Source: Octopus bimaculoides
Lineage: Eukaryota
Direction: 5' to 3'
Length of the DNA: 62,624 nucleotides
NCBI RefSeq assembly: GCF_001194135.2
Contig: NC_068990.1
Span: forward strand, 74,866,445 to 74,929,068
The notes under the pieces are model-generated. The model worked only from the letters and a program-made list of their open reading frames with translations, was not told the DNA's origin and did no database searches. Within the stretch, counting starts at the first letter, position 1, and the number at the start of each line of letters is the position of its first letter. The translations under genes were made by a program, and so were the position numbers. Below are positions 36,689 through 49,168 of this stretch, piece after piece.

Positions 36689-36896
36689 AATGCAGCAGCT
36701 GTGGAGTGGAAAAGGCCTTTTGGTAGACCCTGCACCAGATGGCTGGACATGATTGATGGAGATCTGAAGAAGTTCGGTGTCACCTTGGAGGATGCAGAGG
36801 GGCTGGCACAGGACCATCATCAATGGAAAACACGCACTGGTGGACCTGGTTGGCTCTATGCATCTGGACATCACTGAGACCACTAACCTGGGATGA
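36689..36896 (+). mobile_element. RTE-clade LINE, extreme 3' coding fragment
   Basis: NAAAVEWKRPFGRPCTRWLDMIDGDLKKFGVTLEDAEGLAQDHHQWK(frameshift)HALVDLVGSMH matches the RTE C-terminal pattern KRP.GRP.TRW.D....DL......A...AQDR..W. Confidence 0.85.
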
Positions 36897-37149
36897 CTCC
36901 AGCCTCATCAAGTAACAAGCAAGCATCTAATAATAAGCCCAAGTTCTCAGATTTGGAGTTATGGACACATCTGATTAAACTGAACTTACAACTCAACTTG
37001 TACTTACTGACACTAGAAGAATGAATAGCAAAGTGAATTCCAGTGGACTTGAACTCAGAAATAAAAAGTATATGACAATGCGGCAAAGCCTTTTGTCCAT
37101 TAGTTACTGTGTTAACACCACCAACCTACCATTCTAAACTGACCAGGAA

Positions 37150-37395
37150 TATCATCATCATCATTTAACATGTTGTCCATGCAGGCATGGTTCGGACAGT
37201 GTAACCAGAACTGGCAAGCAGAAGGGGGGGGGGGGGGCTGCACCAGACTCCAGTCTGATTTGGCAAGGTTTCTATGGCTGTATGCTCTTCATAATGCCAA
37301 CCATTTTACAGAGTGTTTTGAATGCCTTTACGTGGCACCACACAGGCGCTTTTATGTGACACCGCACAGGCACTTTTAGGTGGCACTGCCTTGTG
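37150..37395 (-). mobile_element. SINE-R with three tandem GCTTTTAYGTGGCACC units
   Basis: Three units at about 37325-37388. Confidence 0.7.
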
Positions 37396-38654
37396 TGCTT
37401 TAAACAACCAGAAGAATATGATGCTGATAATTACTATTAGGTCATCTTAGTAAGATTTGAACTCCAAGAGTAAGTGTGGTGGAACGAAATAAAACCATTA
37501 CAACCACATTTATTACATTCTAGATATTAAATTGCTATCATCAAGAGAATCTTATCATTCTTCCATACACACAATGCAGAAGCATTTAATAATAATAAAA
37601 TTAAAATAAGGTAAAATTAAAGTGAAAACTTGAAAAATTTCAAGTGGTTTTCAAGAAAAGCTAATCAAGTCCATCTAGATAAATGAAGATGTCATATAAG
37701 ATACTTCAAATTAGTCGATATGTAGGCCTGTCTAGTACTATTTATATACATACGAAGGAGGAGGAAGGGGAGAAGAAAAATAAAACGAAAGATAAGGAAT
37801 GTGAAAGAAAAAGTGTGTGCCCTCTCCCTGCCATCTTCACGTTCTGTCTTACAAAAACGAAGACATTAAAGTTGTCTTTGATTTTTAACCTCCAAATTTT
37901 CTAATTTCACTTTTGTATTTTTCATGAATTTTAACATACTCTCCATTAATATTAAATTCAACCATTGACAATAAATACCAATGAGGCCTTACAAATTATA
38001 TATATTCACAAGTTGTAATTAAAACTTCCTAATCACAATCAATAGTCTCTTCTTGTATGTGTGTATGTGACATTTAATTTTTTTTTTCAAAACCTACCAA
38101 GATAATATTTTTCCACATCAGACCATAAAAATAAAAATCTTGCCAAGCCTATTACTGAAAACAACACAACTTTTAATGCCAACTGTATGAAAACGAAAAG
38201 GTACAGCATGAATGTATGTAATTCTTTTTACGAGAATAGTACTGACAGTGAGATAGTGACTTCGAAGTTTCAGCTTGGTTTGCCTTCATCGGAAACTTCG
38301 ATGCAACTATCAAAACTATGCTTGTAAAAGAATAATAAATATGTACTCTAAGAAACATACAAAGTAATCCTCTGGTAAGCTGGAGAGCTGCACCAGGTTC
38401 CAATCTGATTCGGTATAGTTTCTATGGCTGGATGCCCTTCCTTATGCCAACCACTCCAAGAGTGTAATGGGCGTTTTTTCAGCCACGACTACGGTCTTAC
38501 TTAGCTTGACAGGTCTACATAGCATGGTATACTGCCAAAGATCTGTCACCTGTCACTGCCTCCATGAGGCCCAACATTCAAATCATGCTTTTTATGTGCT
38601 ACTGGTACACACACACACACATATATATATATATAAATATATAAATATATATAT

Positions 38655-39005
38655 ATTCTTTTATGCTTTTACTTGTTTCAGTCATTTGACTGCGGCCATG
38701 CTGGAGCACCATCTTGAAGGATTTTAGTGGAATGAATCAACTCTAGGACTTATTTTTTTTAAGCACAGTACTCATTCTATCAGTTTCTTTGCTGAAATGC
38801 TAAGTTACGGGGACATAAAATACACGAACACTTGTTGTCAAGCGGTGATGGGGGAGAACAAACACAGGTATTTGCATAATACATACATATACGACAGGCT
38901 TCTTTCAATTTCTGTCTACCAAATCCATTCAAAAGGCTTTGGGACTTGAACCCAGAACCATGTGGTTGGGAAGCAAGCTTCTTACTGCACAGTCACACCT
39001 GCACA
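38655..39005 (-). mobile_element. SINE-K
   Basis: TTCAGTCATTTGACTGCGGCCATGCTGGAGCACC tail through GAACCATGTGGTTGGGAAGCAAGC head. Confidence 0.8.
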
Positions 39006-40242
39006 CACACATATATAACATATACATTTGTTTAGTGGTAAAGTATATACCTACAAAGGATTTCTTTCCCCCCACCCTAATTTTAATTTTTGCAAATTAG
39101 ATAGAGATTAGTTAGTGTAAGCTAACTGGCAGATGAAATGAAACTGACCCTTTTGAAGGCCTACATATTCCAAATTAGGAGACAGAAAAGGCATAAAAAC
39201 AGCACAAAAGACAATGACACTAGAAACCAGGTCATGGTATGAACCTAAATTTTACTGCAACTTAATAGTTGCCCTTTCCCTTGCCAGGAAATCATCCAGA
39301 GGCTTTGCACCTTCAAAGGCAAAGAATTTAAGAAGATCCCTCACTTGAAAAAAAGCGGGTAAGTGTTAAAGACAAGAAAGGAATTTTCCTGTAAAACCAT
39401 GCCTCGTCTAACCAGCCATGATAGCAAGGAAAAATATGTAAGAAAGAAATGAACAAAAAAATTCCATTTTAAATCAATAAAGACATTTTTATTAAAAAAA
39501 AGAAAGAGAAAATTATGTTAAACTAGAGTATTTTTTTATCTTTTAGTCAGGAGGTGATATATAAGACACTTTACAAAGTCCTGATGCAAATATTTGCAAT
39601 AGAGAGGACGCCACTAAAGGTATCTAAGATACCAGTGAAGATGTTAAATCATGTAACAAATTAAGTTTACCAACCAAGAGAGACATGGCACAATTTGAAG
39701 TCAGAAAGCAAAGAGCTAGAACAAATACCACAAGACATTAGATCCNNNNNNNNNNNNNNNNNNNNNNNNNNNNNNNNNNNNNNNNNNNNNNNNNNNNNNN
39801 NNNNNNNNNNNNNNNNNNNNNNNNNNNNNNNNNNNNNNNNNNNNNNNNNNNNNNNNNNNNNNNNNNNNNNNNNNNNNNNNNNNNNNNNNNNNNNNNNNNN
39901 NNNNNNNNNNNNNNNNNNNNNNNNNNNNNNNNNNNNNNNNNNNNNNNNNNNNNNNNNNNNNNNNNNNNNNNNNNNNNNNNNNNNNNNNNNNNNNNNNNNN
40001 NNNNNNNNNNNNNNNNNNNNNNNNNGGATGTTAAAAAGGTAACATTGAAAATGTATTTTGTTGAAAATGTGGAAGAAATTTTGAAGATTTGGCTAGGTTA
40101 AAATGAAGGGGGGGAAAAAATAGTAAAAATGAGACTCACATAAACAAAAACAAAAAAAAAAGCTTTCTTGTAAAATTTTCAATTTATTCAATTTTTTCAT
40201 AGATGCAAGGGAATAACATAGCAAGAGAGCAAACAAGTTTCA

Positions 40243-41470
40243 ACAGACTGGTCACTTATGACAAGTACATCTACATACAAACTTGTGTATGTATATATGT
40301 ATGCGTATGAATATAGAACGTGTGTGTGCTTGTAAATATATATATATATATATATATATTATATTATATATATAATCATTCTATAGTGAGATATTTTAAG
40401 GAAAATGTAGACCGCTGTCTGAATTAGATGTAAACAAGAACATTAGACATAAATAGTGAATAAGTATAACTAACAAGATCTACTAGATATATAGGGTCAG
40501 CACCACTGAGATATCTCCAGACATGAAAGGGTTAAGTAAATCCCCTTGAGTGAAAATAAAATGGTAACAAAAAAAGAAAAAAAAATCTATCAAAATATAA
40601 GCTGGAAACACTGAACTTTTGATGTTCCTATCTTTAGCAATGTAGACAAACTAATTTAAAAACTATTCTCTAAAATAGCTGTAAATAAAATAACCACAAT
40701 TTTATATTTTTTAAAACTTTGATTATTATCATTATTATTATTTTTCAAGATTAAATATAAGAAACAAACATTAGGATTAATGAAAAAAGAAAAAAAAAAG
40801 TTAAAATTCTTTCAGGAATCAAAGAAACCACTCTTAGCTATTTGGTTATCTCAGATTAATAAGATTTAATAAAACTTAATACAATATACTGCTATTTAGT
40901 AAATTAAATGTAGCACTTTACAAGTTCCCATTGAGCAAGGTGGTAATCTTAGGGCAAGCTGAAATCAGAAGGATTCAATCACTTCATTCAGTTGAGACTT
41001 TTCCCCTTTTTTGTAACTTTAATGGTTGATCGCAGTTATAAATTCCCAGACCAAGCAGTGCATCCTCAGTTTAAGATGGCTGTTGGCTCGAATGCCTATT
41101 CTGTATTTACTTCTGATGGCACTGCTGTTGTCGCTCCAGATCAACAAAAAACTTAGGTTGCTGCTGAACTTGTCCAAAATGAAGAACAGATACAGGACTC
41201 AACCGAGACAGCACAAGCCACTTAAAGTGTTGAGCAGAGTGGTGAAGTACCTTCGTTTTTTATTGCTCCAAACCAAGTTGAATATGAGGTTGACTGCCTC
41301 TCAAGTGGTGACAATGAACTGACCGAAGCAGATCTCACTGCTAACAACATTCTTGCTCAAGCTACACTCAGTGCACCAAACACTCTGCCAGTCGTAATAT
41401 GAACCAGTTGTGTTACACACACACACACACGTTTGTATGTAGATGTACTTGTCATAAGTGACCAGTCTGT
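40243..41470. repeat. Perfect 40-bp inverted repeat (40243-40282 and 41431-41470), 1148-bp spacer
   Basis: ACAGACTGGTCACTTATGACAAGTACATCTACATACAAAC and its exact reverse complement. Confidence 0.95.
40508..40535. mobile_element. Possible orphan piggyBac-type terminal repeat
   Basis: GAGATATCTCCAGACATGAAAGGG|TTAA; no partner end found. Confidence 0.3.
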
Positions 41471-41558
41471 CCGCGTGCAATGTTATGAAGGACATCATTT
41501 CAACATCTGACATGTGGCACGCCATGCACCTGTACAGGCAGTGGAGGGAATGAGCTAG
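41022..41558 (+). pseudogene. Decayed reading frame of unknown origin (pseudogene or TE ORF relic)
   Basis: Single frame MVDRSYKFPDQAVHPQFKMAVGSNAYSVFTSDGTAVVAPDQQKT*VAAELVQNEEQIQDSTETAQAT*SVEQSGEVPSFFIAPNQVEYEVDCLSSGDNELTEADLTANNILAQATLSAPNTLPVVI*... with strong GNN codon bias; the stops are each one C>T change from CAG/CAA/CGA. Confidence 0.5.
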
Positions 41559-43257
41559 TGTTCAGCACAAAGATTTGACCACTGTAAACAAATCATCTGG
41601 GCATATTGTTCAGCAAAAAAATTGGAAACTCTATCTTCTGTCATCTACAACAGGAGAGAGTCCACAATAGGGGAAGGTATAAAGATCTTAAATTTGCATT
41701 TTCTTCCAGTTAGTTCCTTCTATCTGATCAGAAAGAAACCGATGATACATTCTTAACAGTTAAACCAGAAGGAAGGACAGTATGCATGACATTTCTAGTA
41801 AAACTTCATAGAGGAAGTGAGATCTCGGCAGTAAGAAACCAGGCATTATTATAAATGTTTAAGAGGTAGCAAACCTGGCTCAAATGCTTGCACCAGTGTG
41901 TATCCTGCCGATAGTAAAGGGCAACGCCAAACCAGATACATTCTCAACAGGAATTTCAGTTTCCACCTACCCATTTTCGGTTTCAAAGCTTTGATTTAAC
42001 CAGAGATTATGGTAAAAGACACTTGGTCAGGATACCTGCTATGTTGTGGGTTTGAACCCAGAACCATGTAGTCACAAAGTACACCTTTTAAACAAATGAT
42101 AAACCTCTAAAACATGAGATATTGCCTGAACTAATAATCTTTAACCCAATAATGTGAGTGGATTTGGTAGACAGAAACTGTTGCTTATATAGGTATGCGT
42201 ACATGCATCTTTGTGTTTGTCACCCACCACATCACTTGACAATCAGCATTGGTTTGTTTATATCCCAGTAACTTAGCAGTTCAGCAAAACCCTTTGAATT
42301 ATAGGTACAACTCATCTTTGTCAGCTGAGTGGACTGGAGCAACTTGGAAACAAAGTGTCTTGCTCAAGGACACAACATGCTGTCAGGAATTGAACTCACG
42401 ACCTTACAGCTGTGAGTTGATTGCCCTAACCACTAGGCCATGCGACTTCTGCAGTCATGGTGATGATGATGATGAAAACAAAAACAAAAAAAAAAGCAGA
42501 GGGAAGCAACATTTTGAAGAAATAGTGTAAAACCAGAAGAAAAAAAAAACCCTGACTTCTACAAGCTCAAATTAAGATTACATACTAAAAAAAAAAAATT
42601 TGAACAAGACCAAATCTATAGACATTTCTTCTAGATATCTTTTTTTTCAGTTGCCAATATTGGAACAAAAGTTGATAACATGTAAAAGAGAAAAAAGAAA
42701 TTTGATCTACAAAAATAAAAAATAAAAAAAATAAAAAATAAAAAAAAAATAAAAGCAGTGCTTTAAGAATTTAAAGGTTGTTTCAAATAGACTGTATTTT
42801 CTTTTCCGAAGAATAATAACCATGTCTCAAATGGTAATAATAATAATAATCAATATATTATTCCTTCTCTAAATATATCCAAACTGCTTCACCCATTGTA
42901 TACTTTGCTAAAATCTTTTAAGCTTTTAAACAAAAATACAATGGTAACAAAATACTGCGGTGGGTGGAGAGCAAAATAATGCACCACAACAGTATTATTG
43001 TTATGCAAGACTGTTAAAAGTAATATCAACAAATTCAGACAAATAAAATGATTGTTTCTTTTTGTAGAAATGCTGGGGTGAATATTGATATAATGGCTGA
43101 TATAACTTTGCTGTGTTATCCACCAGTTAATAATTAAATAATTTCTTGAAAACACAGACTGCTGCTAGTATCCTTTGAATCCAGTTTTTAACAGTGTGTG
43201 TGCATGGTGTGTGTGTATATGTGTGTAAATGTAGATATGTATAAGCACATCATAATC

Positions 43258-43515
43258 AGTGGAGGCGCGTGGCTTAGTGGTTAGGGTGCCAGCACCATGA
43301 TCGTAAGATTGCGGTTTCAATTCCTGGACCGGGCGACGCGTTGTGTTCTTGAGCAAAACACTTCATTTCACGTTGCTCCAGTCCACTCAGCTGGCAAAAA
43401 CGAGTAGTGCTGCGATGGACTGGCGTCCCGTCCATCCGGGGAACACATAAGCCATTGAAACTGGGAAACCGGGCCCATGAGCCTGGCAAGGCTTTAAAAG
43501 GGTGCATTTATTTAT
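43258..43515 (+). mobile_element. SINE-M, young full-length copy
   Basis: GGAGGCGCGTGGCTTAGTGGTTAGGG (A box), GGTTTCAATTCC (B box), core GCGTTGTGTTCTTGAGCAAAACACTTCATTTCACGTTGCTCCAGTCCACTCAGCTG, V-like GCGATGGACTGGCGTCCCGTCC; many CpGs retained. Confidence 0.85.
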
Positions 43516-44529
43516 TATTACATCGCAATCAACAATTACTGTTCTCTTTCCATGCTGGTATGGGTTGGCAAGTCACAGGGCAACACTGAACTCCAGCATC
43601 AGCTATGGCATGGCTTCTACAGCTGGATGCCTTTCCAAATGCCAAACAGATCACTATGCGTACAGGATGCTTTTCGCCATGCCACTGACACTAGTGAGGT
43701 TGCCATACAACCAAAACAAAGTGGGGGGGGGGGAACCTGCTGGCAAAGTAGGGAGGAGGATGGGAAGGAGAGACAAGCACATGTCTTGCTATAGAGATGC
43801 ATGGCCACCCCACATTATATGGGGTGAGTGTGAGTAGTTGAGAAAAAGTGATTAAGAAGTCTGCTTAGCAAAGCAACCATGTAAGGGCATCTGATAGCTG
43901 GAAACTGCAAGAAATCTGTTGTGTGCATCTATATTCAAGAAAAGATGATTTATGCACAAGGTCATCGACTCCAAATCAAAGAAGCAGTTGACTAACTATC
44001 ACCAGTACCAATGCTTATTTTGTCAATAGCCTTACATAACTGACCCAAGAAAATTGAAAGGTGGTATCAACCATAGCAAGACTGAAATTTTGAAATGTAA
44101 AAGAAAAAATTACTAAACACCACAAGGTATTTTTGCAATATGACACTACTCTGATATTGCCAATTAAGCAATGATAAAAAGTAAACTGATGTAAAAATTG
44201 CAAATAAAAGATAAATTCATATTTAAAAACAGTTCATAGGAAAAAAAAAACAACATTTATTGCATTTAATTTAGTCTATGCCGTCTGAAAAATGCTACAT
44301 TTTTATCACCTGTCTATCATGGAAATAAAATGCTATGGGGAGATTTAACTTTTAAAAATTAGAATTAAATTCTCAGAATAAAATATTAATTTAGAAAAAT
44401 AAAGACATTGAAGTAAAAGCAAAAAAGAAAGAAGTAGATATAACATTTAATTGAGCCAGACACAAATTAATCTTAAAACAGCAATTACATGGAACAGGCA
44501 GAATTTTGTTTTGTATTTGAATTTCAATA

Positions 44530-44930
44530 TTCTTTTACTAGTTTCAGTCATTTGACTGCGGCCATGATAGAGCACTGCCTTAAAGGGTTTTCGTCTAAGA
44601 AATCGAGGACCAATTCTTTGTAAGCTTAGTACTTATTCTATCCATCTTTTTTTTTGCTGAACCACTAAGTTATGAGGACATAAACACACCAGCATCGGTT
44701 GTCAGGCGATGGCGGGGGACAAACAGACACACACAGAAATATCATCATCATCATCGTTTAACATCCGCTTTCCATGCTAGCATGGGTTGGACGATTTGAC
44801 TGAGGACTGGTGCAACCGGATGGCTACACCAGGCTCCAATCTAATTTGGCAGAGTTTCTACAGCTGGATGCCCTTCCTAACGCCAACCACTCAGAGAGTG
44901 TAGTGGGTGCTTTTACGTGTCACCCGCACG
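44530..44930 (-). mobile_element. SINE-K 3' half followed by a young SINE-R
   Basis: SINE-K tail at 44530-44735; (CAT)n SINE-R at 44741-44930, near-identical to the 52865 copy. Confidence 0.8.
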
Positions 44931-45864
44931 AAAATGCATATACTCATAAAAAGCACCCTGGTGGAAATGCGGAAACAGAGCAAGAAATGAAAGAGTTTGA
45001 GTTGAGTGGTAGCACTAGAAAACAACACACTTGTTGTAGTCATTGGATAGTGATTTTGCTGGGTCACCCCCATCAGTGCCAGAACTTGTTTTAATCGACC
45101 ACACCACAGAAGGGTATAAATGGTCAAGGGGACCTAAGTAGGACTTGAACTCAGATTGCAAAAAGGGGCACAGCTACAAAACATCACCTACAACTACATT
45201 CCCCATTTCCAGGTAATCGGTGTTATATATAAAAAAAAAAAAATTTAAATGCTATATCTACATTTCTGTTTTGATTTTACTAATTCTGGCATACCCTGTC
45301 AAAAAAAACAAAAACAAAANNNNNNNNNNTTTTTTTTTACATGGCACACTCATACAAGCAAACAACATTGGTCACCTTTGTCAGATTGTGACAAGGCTTT
45401 CACAGCTTCGTGTCTACATTTTAATAGTAAGTAGTTTCAGCTGAAATAGCTTTTAAAGAGATAGCAGTGTTTTTTTTTTGTCTTTTTTTTTTCTTTCATT
45501 TTGTTTTCCAATGCAAGAAGTGTGACATGAAATTGCTATTAAAAAATAGTGCAGTGGTTGATACCAATGATACATTATATACTATCCAGCAGCTAACCCT
45601 TATCAAAATGATATTGCCATAAGCATTTCTCTTTCAGATGCCACACCCACACACACAACTCCTGTCCACATATACACACACACACACACATTTTCCATTT
45701 ACTTTATCAGCTGAGATTTATATAAACAGCAAATAAAAACCTAAGATATTCTTTAAGGCAGTTCAAAATGTAATTTAACTACTAATTGAAAAATAATGAG
45801 AGATAAGGAAAAAGGCAAACAAAAAGATACAAAAAATAGGAGAGTAGGACAAAGAGAAAGCAGT

Positions 45865-45896
<32 letters not shown>

Positions 45897-46626
45897 GAGA
45901 NNNNNNNNNNAGAGAGGGAGAGAGAGAGAGAGAGAGAGAAGGAAGAGAGAAAAAAAAAAGCTAAGACAAAAAGAGTTTCAGTAAAACTTAGGAAATGGGT
46001 TTTGTAATCTCACAAGATATGATCTATACTGGAAATTTTAACCTGGTAAGAATTAACCAAAGTAAACTAAGCATTTTTAACTAATCCACCTCCACCCACG
46101 TACTTTCACTTAGATATATCTTATTTACTTATATACTTATATGTTGATTAACTGAGAATGAACAAGAGCAACATGGAAACTGGAGATAGCATTGTTTATC
46201 ACATATCTTGTAGAAGGAGTTGTTTATGTTTATTCATCTCTTTCTTGCCTTTTTATTAAGATTGACAATTTTAATTTCCTTAAAGCCTTACATGGAGTTG
46301 CTTAAATGTAATTATCCTCTCCTCAGTGATCCGACAGGCATGCTAAATTCCACACAAAAATCACAAGAATGCACAGCTTCCCCACCGCCACTATTCTTCA
46401 TTTTCCCTTTCGTTCTTTTTTTTTCTTCTTCTTCTTCTTCTTTCCAAAGGCACCAAAGAGAAATAGATCACACTTCTGTATTCATGGCTCAGCAATAAAT
46501 ACATTGCTAACTCAATAATTATATTGCTTTAAGTTCAAAACCGATGCAAGAATGAACTTCAGCTGTGATTAATACTCGCATTCCTTCACTCTCTCAGTCT
46601 AAAATGTACACACAACGCTGGTATGG

Positions 46627-46759
46627 TTAACCCATTAGCATTTAAACCAACCATATCCAGCCCAAATATTCAACCTGTTTTATATTTACATCAGCCAGAC
46701 CCAGCCACTTGCACCTATCCATTTAATTTGACCGAATAATCTGAATGCTCAAGGGTTAA
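46627..46759 (-). mobile_element. MITE-A, internally deleted, both TTAA TSDs kept
   Basis: TTAA|CCCATTAGCATTTA...TGAATGCTCAAGGG|TTAA. Confidence 0.8.
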
Positions 46760-49084
46760 ACAGTAAAATATGTTTTTTTTTTAAAGTGTAATTTTTATAT
46801 ACAATGAAAGCCATTTAATGTATTCACTTTGGGATGAAGCTTTCCTCAGCATGCTCGGGAACCACTAACTTTGATAACATTATCCATAATGATATTAACC
46901 ATTTAGCATTCAGATTACTGTCAAATGTTATATATATATAGTTTTCTCTCATTTCTTTCAATCAAAATGTACCTCTACTACCTTCGTTGATACTACTTAT
47001 TTTCACTCTCTTCCAACTCTCTCAGCACAGCCACTGCATTCCCCTCCCATTTTCCTCGAGCATGAAAAAAGAAAGAGGCTGGCCCACCAAAAAAACAAGC
47101 TTACACGACAAGGCCTATTACACACACACACAAAATCATTTTGCATTCATGCTAGTACACGTTGGATAGGCTTCACAGCTCTCAACACAGCCAATAACAT
47201 TGGGTACACAGCAACAGAGAAAAAAACCCCCAGCTAATTTTGGTGTATATATATTACAGTATGAACCAAGTGTGTTTCATTGTATCACCAGCACATAAGT
47301 GTTATACATCCTAGACGTATAACATGTAATAATGGATTGCAGAGTTCACATATCAACCATGGTCGTTTGTAGTATGGTTTCTTCATTCTCTTGAAACATG
47401 TCATATTCTAGAAGCATTTCTGGGGCACTGACACTTAAAGAGACTTTCTGCAACATAGATCCCTTAACTCTGCAGTTTTATTTAGAGGTACTGCTTTCTT
47501 AGATGGATAACCTTTGATTCCATCTGCACAGTTAATGTCTTGTTTGTATCTTCCACTGTTGGTATAACTTGTATGACTTAGTTAGAAATAGGAGTGGGTA
47601 GGGGGTAAGTATTGCTACAATAACTGGTACAGAAGGGTTAAACAATAAGAGACAGATGTTATATTATAAAACTCAATAGAGTGAGGTAGAGGGTTATGTT
47701 ATGTTATAAAAGGGAGTGGTGGCAGGTGACAATGTTATGACATCATCACCCCTTTACATACATTAAAAGACAAATTTTATTAACCATATCACACTATTGA
47801 AATTTGAGTCCTTGTTGTGGCTGGAGTTATATCCATCAGTAATATCTATTAATTCCATCTGTACTTGGTTTTGCAGTTAGTTTAATTTCTTTAGCACAAC
47901 AATAGGTCAAAGTTTATCAACTGATATGCTAAAATAGATATAAAAAAACCCCACATCTCAGTCAAGCCTCATATATTTCAAGTTACCCTTGAAACTTGTA
48001 AGATAAATCTTTTATCGCAGTATGACAAGGAGTATTTGGATCTACATGCAAGTGAGACTATATTATTTGATAACAATAATAATAATGTTTTTAAATATTT
48101 TAGAAGAAGTCCAGCAATTTTGAGGTGGAGGCGAGTCGATTACATTGACACCAGTCATCAACTAGTACTTATATGAGCTCACAAAATAAGACTCGCAAAC
48201 CAAATGAAGACAATTCAAAGAGAAAGAAACACACACACAGACAGAGTTAGTCAGTTAGGCAGACATAGAAGATACACACACAGCATGAAGCAAAGTCATT
48301 CACAATATTGGAGAATTACTGGATTAAATTTCTTTGTTTGACTGCAGTATATTAGAATATTACTTTACAATATGGAAAATAGTTTTTAAAATATCTGTAG
48401 TCGATGTTAAAGAACTTCTTAAAATAAAACAAAAGTTCATTTCTAAAATCTTAAGATTACCTATAATAGCAACACAGCTATAACACTGAAGTGAGTTTTA
48501 GTTGGCAATTCTTAATTACCATGACAAACCAACTTAACGAGGCTTAGGCCACAGTAACAAGCCTGAGGATATAAGATCTTAGAAAACGAAGACATAAAAG
48601 CAGCAGGAAGCTGTATAGTAAAGACACCCAGCAGCTAAAAGATACAAGACATGATGGATATAGACCACATAGATTCAGCTAAGAGAAGAAGGATGAGTAA
48701 GAGACTAAATGTATGTTCAGATGTTTGCTCCTTCATCAAAGTTTCTATTCAAATTCTACCAGACTTTTCCTTAAAGTGGGCAAAAGGTGAACTTTATATA
48801 TTACATAAAGGCTCTCACTGCTAGCATAAATATTAATGACCTCATGTGACAAGATAAAACCATTTTACATTAGGGTAAACATCAACTGACCTTCAACTAT
48901 GCAAAGCTATTAAATAATTGTATTTAACTCTTAAGAAAAACAAACATTCTTTTTTCTCTTGGCTAATGAATGGAGAATTTTAAAGTGGTGATGTTTTGCT
49001 TGGCAAGAATGTCAAACCAAATATTCATTTATTCCATTTTTGCTCGTGGCAGTGTTAACAGTAGGTGAAAATTAGCTTAACTAC

Positions 49085-49168
49085 CGAATTTGGCATCACA
49101 GTATTCAGACTTGTGGGTGGACGGGGGAAAGTAACTTAGTCTTCTACCAGGGAATCTGTAATTTTTAC
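49085..49168 (-). CDS. Candidate 84-nt exon (phase 1/1), GKNYRFPGRRLSYFPPSTHKSEYCDAKF
   Basis: Strong acceptor TTATGCTTCTGTATCTTGCAG after a U-rich tract; only one frame is open; donor G|GTAGTT moderate; unique non-repeat sequence. Confidence 0.35.

Noticed and set aside
39560-39745. Possible exon adjacent to the gap (DLMSCGICSSSLLSDFKLCHVSLG)
   Set aside because: The upstream part lies in N, the donor is weak, and there is no independent support.
43261-43330. tRNA gene (also heads at 22440, 57905, 30078)
   Set aside because: A/B boxes are present, but there is no complete cloverleaf or acceptor stem and each continues into a SINE body; these are tRNA-derived SINE heads.
44810-45094. Recurrent ORFs of the type PDGYTRLQSNLAEFLQLDALPNANHSESVVG (also 52926, 12475, 58334)
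   Set aside because: Similar peptides recur because they translate the same non-coding SINE-R; they are not a gene family.
47341-47600. Protein-like minus-strand stretches (SYTNSGRYKQDINCADGIKGYPSKK...)
   Set aside because: Under 50 codons, no splice sites and no recognisable motif; within chance expectation.
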